Positions 31,340-39,761 are shown, counted from the first letter of the stretch. The stretch is 64,000 bases of DNA from an uncultured Candidatus Saccharibacteria bacterium (GCA_964411375.1 CAYPKR010000001.1:104227-168226), one strand, 5' to 3'. Notes: generated by a model not told the origin, from the sequence alone. Numbers and translations are program-made.

Positions 31340-31606
31340 CTATTTTTTCAAATCCAACTTCTTTAAAAGCGCGTTATATCGGCGCTTATCCTTCTTCTCC
31401 AAGTATGAAAGATGCTTGCGGCGATCTGCAACCATACCAAGAAGACCTCGGCGTGAGTGCGTATCTTTTGCGTTTTTCTTCAAATGGGTTGAAAGTTCTG
31501 CAATGCGCTTGGTCAAAATCGCAACCTGCACTTCAGGAGATCCTGTGTCAGTGTCATGGCGACGTGTGTCCTTGCTTGCGTTGACCTTCTGTTTCTTTGA
31601 AAGCAT
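31340..31606 (-). CDS. rpsO: 30S ribosomal protein S15
   Basis: [22 protein letters not shown]; start at MLSKKQK. Confidence 0.97.
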   Translation of the reverse strand: MLSKKQKVNASKDTRRHDTDTGSPEVQVAILTKRIAELSTHLKKNAKDTHSRRGLLGMVADRRKHLSYLEKKDKRRYNALLKKLDLKK

Positions 31607-31729
31607 GGGCGAACTGTAGCACGAAAGATAATTATTGGCAATAGCGAGAACGCACGATTGGCTTTCTGTCAAATTGCCGAGGGGCATGCCGCTTGGCGGC
31701 AAAAGCAGGATATAATTATTGTACGACCT

Positions 31730-32659
31730 ATGGCATCAAACGATCTACATACCCTCACGCGAGAGTTTTTGGAACATTTGGAGATTGAAAAAGGTAGGAG
31801 CATCAAAACAATCCAAAATTACGATCATTATCTGACCCGCTTTCTTGATTTTTCGAAGCTTACTTCCCCAAGGGCACTCAATGAAAACGTTATTCGTGAA
31901 TATCGTCTATGGCTCAATCGCCAAGATGCAGGTAAAAAGCCCGGCGGCGCTCGCGAAACCTTAAAGCGAAAGACGCAAAACTATTATTTGATCGCGCTTC
32001 GCGCGTTTCTCAAATATTTGAGGAAGCGCGGCATCGAATCAGTTTCCCCTGAGCGAATCGAACTTGCCAAGGTGGGCGACCGCTCCCTTGACCTCATCTC
32101 TATCGAAGAATTGTCCCGTCTCATGAAGGCGCCTGAGGGGACGAGTATAAAATCTCTCCGCGACCGCGCCATTCTTGAACTTCTCTTCTCCACGGGACTC
32201 CGTGTATCCGAACTTTGCTCGCTCGATCGAGACATTGATCTCTCCAGAGACGAACTCTCTGTGCGTGGCAAGGGAGAAAAAATCCGCGTTGTATTTATTT
32301 CAGACGATGCGAGAGTAATTTTGAAGCAATATCTTGATAAGCGGGATGATGTTGATGACGCACTCTTCGTTCAGCTTGGCAAAGCGTCAAAATCGGCCAC
32401 GTATCTCCGCCTCACTCCCCGTTCTGTCGAGCGAATCATTAAAGGATATGCAATCAAAGCTGGTATTACGAAAAAAGTGACTCCCCACGTGATTCGACAC
32501 TCGTTTGCAACCGATCTTCTCCAAAATGGCGCTGATCTTCGCTCCGTTCAAGCGCTTCTCGGACATGCCAATATTGCAACGACGCAAGTTTATACACACG
32601 TTACCGATTCGCATCTCCGTGAAATCCACAAAAACTTTCACAGCAAGCGACGCAAGTAG
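31730..32659 (+). CDS. XerC/XerD-family tyrosine recombinase
   Basis: [51 protein letters not shown]. Confidence 0.93.
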   Translation: MASNDLHTLTREFLEHLEIEKGRSIKTIQNYDHYLTRFLDFSKLTSPRALNENVIREYRLWLNRQDAGKKPGGARETLKRKTQNYYLIALRAFLKYLRKRGIESVSPERIELAKVGDRSLDLISIEELSRLMKAPEGTSIKSLRDRAILELLFSTGLRVSELCSLDRDIDLSRDELSVRGKGEKIRVVFISDDARVILKQYLDKRDDVDDALFVQLGKASKSATYLRLTPRSVERIIKGYAIKAGITKKVTPHVIRHSFATDLLQNGADLRSVQALLGHANIATTQVYTHVTDSHLREIHKNFHSKRRK

Positions 32660-32698
32660 GCGTACAATGAGTGTAATTATCGATCTAACTCTATAGAT

Positions 32699-33022
32699 AT
32701 GGGATTTTTTAGCGATGATCCAAAAGGAATCAGAGGTTCGAGCGAAATGAAGCAGCTCGGAAGTGATATTCGAGAGACTATGCATTCGTCAGGCATTTTT
32801 GGCGGGCCTGATCAGCGAAAGTTTGTCGCGGATGTGTTCGATACCTACGCAAAAAACAAAGACACGTATCATGGGCGTGAGATTAAGTGGGGTGCGGGTG
32901 TTATTGAACCCCATGAAACCGAAGAAGCGCTCTCACTTATTTCAAAGGAAGCAGACAAATACCATATCAAGCCAGAACAGATCGCAAAACTTCGCGAACA
33001 TGTTCAAAAATTGAATGACTAG
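32699..33022 (+). CDS. Hypothetical protein
   Basis: 107 aa ORF filling the gap, convergent with the next ORF. Confidence 0.6.
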   Translation: MGFFSDDPKGIRGSSEMKQLGSDIRETMHSSGIFGGPDQRKFVADVFDTYAKNKDTYHGREIKWGAGVIEPHETEEALSLISKEADKYHIKPEQIAKLREHVQKLND

Positions 33023-33549
33023 AGATTAAAAAGGCGTGAAATCCAACCGCGCTTAGGAGTAGGAACTTCTTTTCTTCGAGGATCATCCATTCCGGGCAGT
33101 GTTTCTGATGCTTCAGAGATTCCACCCCATCGGTAGTTTGGATCTTTTATTCCTGTTGCCTCAAAACTTTTTTCTGAACGTTCTCGATAATCGTTTTGAC
33201 GTGCAATCATACCTTCTTCGCTTTGCTCCATTTTGACTCCAGCAAGCGGCCTTTTATCCATCTCCATGAGATTAGAGCGGGATACTCCTTGTATATGTTC
33301 CTCGCGTCTCCTTTCAGCTTGCTCGTTCAGTACTCCCCCTAGCGGACTTGCATCCTCTCTTCTTGATACGTTGGGAGGAGTAACTGCCCGTTCTGCATCA
33401 GCAATTGGTTCGGAAGTAGGAGCTTCACTTTCCCATGCCGACTCTGCGGATCTCATCAAAGCTGCTTCATCTGACGCGCCATCCTGCTGATCGATTTTCG
33501 AAGTTTCTACATCTTGAGCTGGTCTAAAATTCAAACCTTCTGCTGACAT
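33019..33549 (-). CDS. Hypothetical acidic, probably disordered protein
   Basis: 176 aa; ends in amphipathic KRGWISRLFNL. Confidence 0.6.
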   Translation of the reverse strand: MSAEGLNFRPAQDVETSKIDQQDGASDEAALMRSAESAWESEAPTSEPIADAERAVTPPNVSRREDASPLGGVLNEQAERRREEHIQGVSRSNLMEMDKRPLAGVKMEQSEEGMIARQNDYRERSEKSFEATGIKDPNYRWGGISEASETLPGMDDPRRKEVPTPKRGWISRLFNL

Positions 33550-33622
33550 GATGGAGGGATAAAATTAGTAATTACCAGAATAATACCGCGACTTCCTTCC
33601 CTAAGGTTGCTATGATATCCCC

Positions 33623-34420
33623 ATGAAAATTATCTCGTGGAACGTAAACGGCATTAGAGCGGTACACAAAAAGGGGCTATTTCTACCCTTCATGCAAGAA
33701 TTCCAGCCGGATATCCTGTGTCTTCAAGAAACAAAAGCCGAGCAAGGTCAGGCGGTCATCGATCTTTCTGGATACGAGGAATATTGGAATTCCGCAGTAA
33801 AAAAGGGCTACAGCGGAACCGCCATATTTACCAAAATAAAGCCAAAAAGCGTTGTGCTCGGTCTTCCTGGAGACTTGGCCAAGAAATATAAGCTCGATTC
33901 TGATGGATACGGCGATCCTAATACGGAAGGAAGAGTCATTGCCGCTGAGTTCACCAAGTTCTGGCTCGTGACCGTGTATACGCCAAATGCAAAAGATGAT
34001 TTGAGTCGACTCTCACTTCGTCACAAGCAGTGGGACCCCGCTTTTCTTGCCTATATGAAACGCCTCGAGGAAAGTAAACCCGTTGTTTTTTGTGGAGATT
34101 TAAATGTTGCGCACACTCCTGATGATCTCGCTCGTCCAAAGGAAAATGAAGGGGTGAAGGGATTTACCAAGGAAGAGCGAGAAGGAATTCAATCGATAAT
34201 CGATAAGGGGTTTGTCGACACATTCCGCATGTTTACGAAAGGAAACGGATACTATACGTGGTGGAGTCATTTTGCAAATGCGCGAGAGCGTAATGTTGGC
34301 TGGAGGATAGATTATTTTTTTGTGAGTGAAAAATTAAAAAATAAAATTACCGCCGCAAAAATTCTCCCTGAAATCGTAGGATCTGACCACTGCCCCACTC
34401 TCATAGAGATGAAAGATTAA
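33623..34420 (+). CDS. xth: Exodeoxyribonuclease III (AP endonuclease)
   Basis: ISWNVNGIRA, LQETK, GYSGTA, GDLNVAH, GWRIDYF, SDHCP. Confidence 0.96.
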   Translation: MKIISWNVNGIRAVHKKGLFLPFMQEFQPDILCLQETKAEQGQAVIDLSGYEEYWNSAVKKGYSGTAIFTKIKPKSVVLGLPGDLAKKYKLDSDGYGDPNTEGRVIAAEFTKFWLVTVYTPNAKDDLSRLSLRHKQWDPAFLAYMKRLEESKPVVFCGDLNVAHTPDDLARPKENEGVKGFTKEEREGIQSIIDKGFVDTFRMFTKGNGYYTWWSHFANARERNVGWRIDYFFVSEKLKNKITAAKILPEIVGSDHCPTLIEMKD

Positions 34421-34477
34421 TAAAGGACAAGTTATCCACACATTTGTCCTTTACGTAATCTTAATGTCCTTTATACT
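34421..34477 (+). promoter_or_regulatory. Sigma70-like promoter with a DnaA box and three TGTCCTTTA motifs
   Basis: TTATCCACA 34432-34440; TTTACG-16-TATACT (34450-34477); motif copies at 34421-34429 (reverse), 34445-34453, 34465-34473. Confidence 0.6.
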
Positions 34478-34483
34478 CACATC

Positions 34484-34750
34484 AGGACCTCGTGTCCTGT
34501 TCTTTACAAATCGAAAGACTTTTTATGGTCTTAGCCAATGCATGTGTCCACAATATTATTTTGGGGAAACAAATAAGGCACCAATGCTAGCAAAGACGAT
34601 TTAATCTCTCATCGATTAACAAGTTCTTTATTTATCGGGCTAGAAATAGCCAAACAAGCCGCCTGGAATGCCGCCTAGAGATACTCCACCTCGAAAGCCG
34701 CAAGAAAGGCGGTTTAGTTATTTATATACACAAAATTGACCGCAACTAAA
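34484..34750 (+). ncRNA. Candidate structured non-coding RNA of unknown family
   Basis: Follows a promoter; no long ORF; several nested stems with G-U pairs valid only on the + strand; GGCTA-GAAA-TAGCC hairpin. Confidence 0.4.
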
Positions 34751-34766
34751 TGTTTCCCATGAAACC
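34751..34766. promoter_or_regulatory. parS-like site
   Basis: TGTTTCCCATGAAACC versus consensus TGTTTCACGTGAAACA. Confidence 0.5.
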
Positions 34767-34779
34767 TTTGACATAACCT

Positions 34780-36252
34780 TTAGTCCACGTGATGCTTGGA
34801 GCGGAGCTCTCGGAGCTCTTTTTCATCCTCTTCTTCCTTCCTTTTCTTGCCAGCCTCTCCTAACGTGCGTAATTCAATATCACCAAGCCCGCTCAATTTT
34901 TCAGCTGTTTTTTCAAGATAATCGGCATCATTTTTAGCAGGATCTTCCAATACTTCCTCAAGAAGGGCGTGAAGTATAAATCCAACTCGAGGACCGGGCT
35001 TTTCACGTGTAACATCCATAATTCTTGCGCCGTCTATCTTGAGCATGCTAACGGAGATCGGGTCCCTAAGAGCTTCGTCAACCATTGCTTTGTACTTTCT
35101 AAAGCGGAACGGCTGTTCTTTGGGACGACCAGTACCAATACGGTCGCAGATACGGATATTAAGGAGATCCTGTATGTTTTCCTCTCCAACATTTTGAATC
35201 ATCCGTCGTACTGCCGACAAAGTGATTTGGTCAGGATCAGAAAAAAACATGTGCCACCTCACCAAAAGTACTACTTTTTCTATTATCTTGTTTGGAAATT
35301 TGAGATTTTCAAGAATTTTTTTGGTTACACGTGAACCAACCACCTCATGGCCGTAGAATGTCCACTCCCCATTTTCACCTTTCCGGCGAGTTTCAGGCTT
35401 CGAAATATCATGGAGCAGAGCCGCTAACCTAACTTCTAGAGACATTTCCTTGTCCGCCGCATGTTGGAGTGCACGAAGAAGATGCTCGAATACCGTGTAT
35501 TTGTGAGCTTGGTTCTGTTCAACATCGACAGTCTTTAGTAGCTCTGGGATAACGTATTCCAGAATCCCAACCTGTTTCATGAGAAACATCGCATTCAAGG
35601 GCCTTTCGGAATTTACTATCTTTACAAACTCATCTCGGATACGCTCCTTAGCTATCTTTCCCAATGTTTCACGTGAATCAATCAGACCAGCCAAAGTGTC
35701 CGCCTCAATAGCAAAGTCATACTCAGCTGCTAGGCGGATTGCACGGAGGATCCGAAGCCCATCCTCAGCAAATCTATCCTTAGGGTTACCAACAGCACGC
35801 ACAATTCCCTTCTGTAAATCTTCGATTCCCTCAAAATAATCAATAATAGAGCCATTTTTCGGTCGGTATGCTACGGCATTAAAGGTAAAATCTCTACGCT
35901 TAAGGTCGTCAGCAATATCTGTGCTAAAGGACACCGAATCAGGATGACGCGCATTGCTATAGGACGTTTCTGTCCTATATGGGGTTATTTCAATGACCTT
36001 TAGAGTCTCGTTAGTTGCCGCGTCTATAACTACCCCAACGGTCCCATATTCATTATCAGAAAATGCGTGAGGAAAAATATTCTGAATTTCTTCAGGAGTT
36101 GCGTTGGTTGTAACGTCCCAATCTTTTGGAGGAACGCCAAGAAAAAGATTGCGGACGCATCCTCCAACTAAATAGGCCTCAAAACCTGCATTCTCGAGTG
36201 ATTCCGTTACATCCATCACTTCTGCCGGGATCGAAAAAGGAGGTTTTTTCAT
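34780..36252 (-). CDS. cca: CCA tRNA nucleotidyltransferase (PolyA-pol + HD domain)
   Basis: YLVGGCVRN...KDWDVTT, DLKRRDFTFNA, RFAEDGLRILR, ALLHDISKP; neighbouring tRNA genes lack encoded CCA. Confidence 0.92.
   Translation of the reverse strand: MKKPPFSIPAEVMDVTESLENAGFEAYLVGGCVRNLFLGVPPKDWDVTTNATPEEIQNIFPHAFSDNEYGTVGVVIDAATNETLKVIEITPYRTETSYSNARHPDSVSFSTDIADDLKRRDFTFNAVAYRPKNGSIIDYFEGIEDLQKGIVRAVGNPKDRFAEDGLRILRAIRLAAEYDFAIEADTLAGLIDSRETLGKIAKERIRDEFVKIVNSERPLNAMFLMKQVGILEYVIPELLKTVDVEQNQAHKYTVFEHLLRALQHAADKEMSLEVRLAALLHDISKPETRRKGENGEWTFYGHEVVGSRVTKKILENLKFPNKIIEKVVLLVRWHMFFSDPDQITLSAVRRMIQNVGEENIQDLLNIRICDRIGTGRPKEQPFRFRKYKAMVDEALRDPISVSMLKIDGARIMDVTREKPGPRVGFILHALLEEVLEDPAKNDADYLEKTAEKLSGLGDIELRTLGEAGKKRKEEEDEKELRELRSKHHVD
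34999..35014. promoter_or_regulatory. parS-like site inside cca
   Basis: CTTTTCACGTGTAACA (reverse TGTTACACGTGAAAAG). Confidence 0.6.
35323..35338. promoter_or_regulatory. parS-like site inside cca
   Basis: GGTTACACGTGAACCA. Confidence 0.6.
35665..35680. promoter_or_regulatory. parS-like site inside cca
   Basis: TGTTTCACGTGAATCA, 1 mismatch to consensus. Confidence 0.75.
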
Positions 36253-36314
36253 TGGCGTCATTGTAGTCTACGTTTTGATATTCCCCTAATGTGGCTTATG
36301 ATTCGCGTACATAC

Positions 36315-36386
36315 GCCCCCGTGGTGAAATGGATATCACAACAGTCTTCGGAACTGTCTTTGTAGGTTCGAGTCCTGCCGGGGGCA
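36315..36386 (+). tRNA. tRNA-Arg(UCG)
   Basis: Acceptor GCCCCCG/CGGGGGC, anticodon arm ACAGT-CTTCGGA-ACTGT, T-loop TTCGAGT; no encoded CCA. Confidence 0.93.
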
Positions 36387-36433
36387 CAAAAGAGAAAAAG
36401 GCCAACTGCTTGGCCTTTTTCTCTTTTGTGCCC
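36382..36433. repeat. Perfect 24 bp inverted repeat overlapping the tRNA-Arg 3' end
   Basis: GGGCACAAAAGAGAAAAAGGCCAA-ctgc-TTGGCCTTTTTCTCTTTTGTGCCC. Confidence 0.9.
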
Positions 36434-36541
36434 GCTGAGCCTATGTCGCTTTAGCGACGGGCGAAAAGCGAGGACCTAATCTTAGGTTTTTTAACACATA
36501 CATTTGTAAAAACCCTAAGCAATGCTAGAATGCCCCCAATC

Positions 36542-36612
36542 GCGGGATTTGTTTAATGGTAGGACGCGTCCTTGCCAAGGACGAGGCACGAGTTCGATTC
36601 TCGTATCCCGCA
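36542..36612 (+). tRNA. tRNA-Gly(GCC)
   Basis: Acceptor GCGGGAT/ATCCCGC, anticodon arm CGTCC-TTGCCAA-GGACG, T-loop TTCGATT. Confidence 0.95.
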
Positions 36613-36639
36613 CAGAACGAAGTGAGCTTTGAAATAGAA

Positions 36640-36758
36640 TAAATGAGCTTCTGCTCATTTACATGGAGAATCGAAGACTTTTTCGATGTTTTGTGAAAAG
36701 GTTTGCTTTGAACAAACTGAAAAGGTGTACTGGGTCCTGTAAGGACCGATTCCCTGCC
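36640..36758 (+). repeat. tRNA-Gly-downstream structured element, copy 1
   Basis: Hairpin + GGAGAATCGAA-N10-ATGTTTTGTGAAA ... GGGTC-loop-GACCGATTCCCTG; homologous to 43270-43405. Confidence 0.7.
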
Positions 36759-36772
36759 AGCATGTCCCAGAC

Positions 36773-36825
36773 TGTGGATAACTATGTGGGTATGTGTATA
36801 AAGGACACAAAAAAAGCGTCCTTTT
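36773..36825. promoter_or_regulatory. DnaA-box cluster with TAAAGGACA/GTCCTTT motifs
   Basis: TGTGGATAA 36773-36781, TGTGGGTAT 36785-36793, TGTGTATAA 36793-36801, TAAAGGACA 36799-36807, GTCCTTTT 36818-36825. Confidence 0.6.
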
Positions 36826-36899
36826 AGAGTAGATCACCAAATAATATGGCTCACCACTTACCTTTTAAAAAGGCATGGGTCGGACGTACACTATAAGAC

Positions 36900-37289
36900 G
36901 TGAGCACTACAAGTGGGCAAAATGTCGGTGCACTCGGTGAGGCAATTGCAGTAAATTTCCTTATTCGTAAGGGTTTTTTAATTTTGGACCGTAATTATCG
37001 AAAGCCGTGGGGCGAATTAGACATTATTTGTAAAAAAGATTCTCGAATTATCTTTGTGGAGGTGAAATCTGTTTCACGTGAAACAAAAGCTGAAATCAAG
37101 GATGCTGAAAATTTTCGACCAGAAGATAATATGCATCAGCCGAAGATCGAGCGACTACATCGGACGATTCAGACATATTTAACAGAAAAACATTTAGAAA
37201 AACTCGATTGGCGCTTAGATTTAGTGACCGTTACCATAGATTTTTTGACAAAAAGCGCGAGATGTAAGCATATTTCAGGAGTTTATTAG
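36900..37289 (+). CDS. yraN: YraN (UPF0102) PD-(D/E)xK nuclease-like protein
   Basis: GALGEAIA, ILDRNYR...GELDII, FVEVK, WRLD. Confidence 0.9.
   Translation: MSTTSGQNVGALGEAIAVNFLIRKGFLILDRNYRKPWGELDIICKKDSRIIFVEVKSVSRETKAEIKDAENFRPEDNMHQPKIERLHRTIQTYLTEKHLEKLDWRLDLVTVTIDFLTKSARCKHISGVY
37070..37085. promoter_or_regulatory. Perfect parS site inside yraN
   Basis: TGTTTCACGTGAAACA, exact palindromic consensus. Confidence 0.85.
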
Positions 37290-37350
37290 AAGCCTAGGAT
37301 TCTTTCCGGGAATCATGTAGTGTAGTAGAACTTGTAGTATTGAGTGGTAT

Positions 37351-37423
37351 CGGGGTGTGGTGTAACGGCTAACATTCCTGTTTTGGGAACAGGCGACTCC
37401 GGGTTCGAATCCCGGCACCCCGA
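37351..37423 (+). tRNA. tRNA-Pro(UGG)
   Basis: Acceptor CGGGGTG/CACCCCG, anticodon arm CCTGT-TTTGGGA-ACAGG, T-loop TTCGAAT. Confidence 0.95.
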
Positions 37424-37463
37424 CAAGGACTTTGGATGAACAATAAGCTAGAGAAGTCCAAGA

Positions 37464-37514
37464 GAACAGGCGACTCCGGGTTCGCCAGTTAGAATTCTGG
37501 CGGCACCCTGACAA
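37464..37514 (+). repeat. Direct duplicate of the tRNA-Pro 3' half (att-like), interrupted by a small hairpin
   Basis: GAACAGGCGACTCCGGGTTCG identical to the tRNA, then CCAGTTAGAATTCTGG, then CGGCACCCTGACAA. Confidence 0.85.
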
Positions 37515-37632
37515 AAGTCTTGGTCGAATATCCTGAAAAATAAAGCATTAAATAGTGTGTAGTACAATGTGGCAGTAATGCACTCTGAAAGATGAAAGGT
37601 CGGAAAACGTCACCAACTAGGAAGCCTACGGC

Positions 37633-38145
37633 ATGAGCGAACGCATTCTATTTGAAGAAGCGTTCGAGCAATATTCAGATGCTCTTTTTCGGCATTGCTT
37701 CTTCCGTTTATCAGATCGGGAAAAGGCCTTGGACTTAACCCAGGAAACTTTTTTACGCGTTTGGAAATATAGTGAAAACGGGGGAGAGATAGAAGATATG
37801 AAGGCATTCTTGTATCGGACACTGAACAACTTAGTCGTTGATGAGTACCGAAAAAAGAAAACCGTCTCGCTCGATTCACTTCTCGAAGAGGAAGGAGTTT
37901 CAGAAGGGGATTTTAATGATCTCGTCTCGAGTGATCGAGAATCTTTTGAGCAAGCGATCGATTCGAAACGCGCGCTTCTCTTACTCGAACGTCTTCCCGA
38001 TAAGTATCGGACTGCACTCACGCTCCGCTACGTTGAAGGTCTATCACCAAAAGAAATCGCCGAAATAACTGAAGAGACTGAAAATGTAATATCCGTACGA
38101 ATTCATCGCGGACTCGCCAAGCTTCGAGAAGAATGGGACAAATAA
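37633..38145 (+). CDS. ECF-family RNA polymerase sigma factor
   Basis: ALDLTQETFLRVW, FLYRTLNNLVVDEYRK, LRYVEGLSPKEIAEI...VRIHRG. Confidence 0.93.
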   Translation: MSERILFEEAFEQYSDALFRHCFFRLSDREKALDLTQETFLRVWKYSENGGEIEDMKAFLYRTLNNLVVDEYRKKKTVSLDSLLEEEGVSEGDFNDLVSSDRESFEQAIDSKRALLLLERLPDKYRTALTLRYVEGLSPKEIAEITEETENVISVRIHRGLAKLREEWDK

Positions 38146-38147
38146 CC

Positions 38148-39395
38148 ATGCAAAGAGACGACATCGGCAACAAAATAGGGGACGCACTCAAGGAAATCCG
38201 CCTTTCAAAAGCGGAGAAATTTGCACTGCGAAATGCGGTAATGTCGAAGATCAATTCTTCGACTCAGAAGTCATCTCGACCAGTACCATCTCCATTCGCT
38301 TTCTCATTTTTCCATCTTCGAACGGCAATCGCTTCAATCCTTCTCTTTTTCATTGTGAGCGGTAGCGGTATTTCATACGCAGCAGGGAACGCACTTCCTG
38401 GTGATCTTTTGTACGCAATAAAAATCGGATTCAATGAGTCAATCCAGGTTGCGCTCGCAACATCTCCTGAAGAAAAAGCAACGCTCGCTGTTTCTTTCGC
38501 CGATCAGCGACTCGAAGAAGCAGGGAAGCTTGCAGCACTTGGCAAACTAACTCCAGAGCTTGAACAAACCGTCAGTACGGAATTTGAAAATCAGGCAAAT
38601 CAAGTCAACGCACATTTGACCGTACTCGAATCAACCGATCAAACCGCCACGCAAGAAATTTCAGATCAATTCGAAGCGGTGCTTTCTGCGCACGAAGTAG
38701 TTCTCTCTCGTCTCGCACTCAAAGTGCAAAATGATACAACCAATATTGCAACCGATACGCCAAGCGATATTGCAATGGTAACTGAAAAAATTCATTCGCA
38801 AGTTTCCAAACTTGCCGAACGCCATCTCGCATATGCAGAATCAGTTGCAGTCTCGGGTGACACACGCACCATTCAGATGCAAAAAATGTCTGTGAAAAGT
38901 GTGCCTGCACCGGAAGCTACATCTGAAGCGGCTCCAATGACGCTTGCGGTTGATGCATCTACATCAGCTTCAAGTACCATTTCAAGCGACGCCGATCTTG
39001 CGGTAAGCATTCGTCTTTATGAAAAGGCGAACACCATGTTTATAAATGCACAGTCATTGCTTGCAGATGCTTCGATTTCAGATGCATCGGTTGTAAAGGC
39101 AAAAAAAGAACTCTCCGCTATTCAAAATCTTCTCGGAAAAGCAAAGACAGCAATTGATGCGAAGGACGCAAGCGGCGCAAGACAGTTTGCACGTGAAGCG
39201 CTCCGCCGCTCCACTGCATTCGGTGTCTATTTAAATGCCGAAGGCTATAACGGAGGATTTTCTGATTCCGATGATGATGCAGATGAATCAGAAAACGCAA
39301 CAACAAGCATCCGCACGCTTCCAGAGACGACGACCGTTTCTGCCACTACATCCTCGAAAGAAGGGAAGAAGTGGTTCTTTGGGTTGCCGCGTTAA
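38148..39395 (+). CDS. DUF5667-like membrane protein, probable anti-sigma factor
   Basis: Directly follows the ECF sigma; short N-domain, TM, ALPGDLLYAIK...QRLEEA motif, helical C-region. Confidence 0.75.
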   Translation: MQRDDIGNKIGDALKEIRLSKAEKFALRNAVMSKINSSTQKSSRPVPSPFAFSFFHLRTAIASILLFFIVSGSGISYAAGNALPGDLLYAIKIGFNESIQVALATSPEEKATLAVSFADQRLEEAGKLAALGKLTPELEQTVSTEFENQANQVNAHLTVLESTDQTATQEISDQFEAVLSAHEVVLSRLALKVQNDTTNIATDTPSDIAMVTEKIHSQVSKLAERHLAYAESVAVSGDTRTIQMQKMSVKSVPAPEATSEAAPMTLAVDASTSASSTISSDADLAVSIRLYEKANTMFINAQSLLADASISDASVVKAKKELSAIQNLLGKAKTAIDAKDASGARQFAREALRRSTAFGVYLNAEGYNGGFSDSDDDADESENATTSIRTLPETTTVSATTSSKEGKKWFFGLPR

Positions 39396-39437
39396 TTATT
39401 TGACGCATCATTCCTTCGTTTGATACTCTCTAGAGAC

Positions 39438-39509
39438 ATGCAGAGCAATTCCTCATATTGGTTTACATGGTTTAGCAAGCTTCGGGCTGGCTTTTCGATG
39501 ATGTCATAA
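39438..39509 (+). CDS. Putative leader peptide 1 (MQSNSSYWFTWFSKLRAGFSMMS)
   Basis: Manual translation; follows TTGACG-16-GATACT and precedes a terminator hairpin. Confidence 0.5.
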   Translation: MQSNSSYWFTWFSKLRAGFSMMS

Positions 39510-39530
39510 TTTTTTCAAACGACATTTTGA

Positions 39531-39563
39531 GAGACCGGCCCGAGAGGGTCGGTTTCGTTTTGT
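39531..39563 (+). terminator. Attenuator-type terminator 1
   Basis: GAGACCGGCCC-gaga-GGGTCGGTTTC-GTTTTGT. Confidence 0.65.
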
Positions 39564-39761
39564 GAATTTGATGGTCGCTACGAATCGTTTCGCGGAGACC
39601 ACAAAATTCACAAGTTCTTTTTCCCAACCCTCGAAAAGGAGTTCAGGTTTTGGATACACAAGCTGAGTTATCACCGCCCCGCAAGCAGGCAACAGTACTG
39701 TTGTCTAGGTCTCTCTCTCCCAAAGAATATCGGGAACTTCCTGATGCTGAAAAGGAGCGCT

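Noticed and set aside
31730-32659. Tyrosine recombinase as a prophage or island integrase
   Set aside because: XerC/D-like length and motifs, mostly housekeeping context, and no att repeats, phage genes or dif-like site recognised nearby
34484-34750. Assignment of the ncRNA candidate to tmRNA, RNase P RNA or SRP RNA
   Set aside because: Diagnostic conserved motifs were not found on either strand; the CTCCACC at 34684-34690 lacks a preceding T-arm
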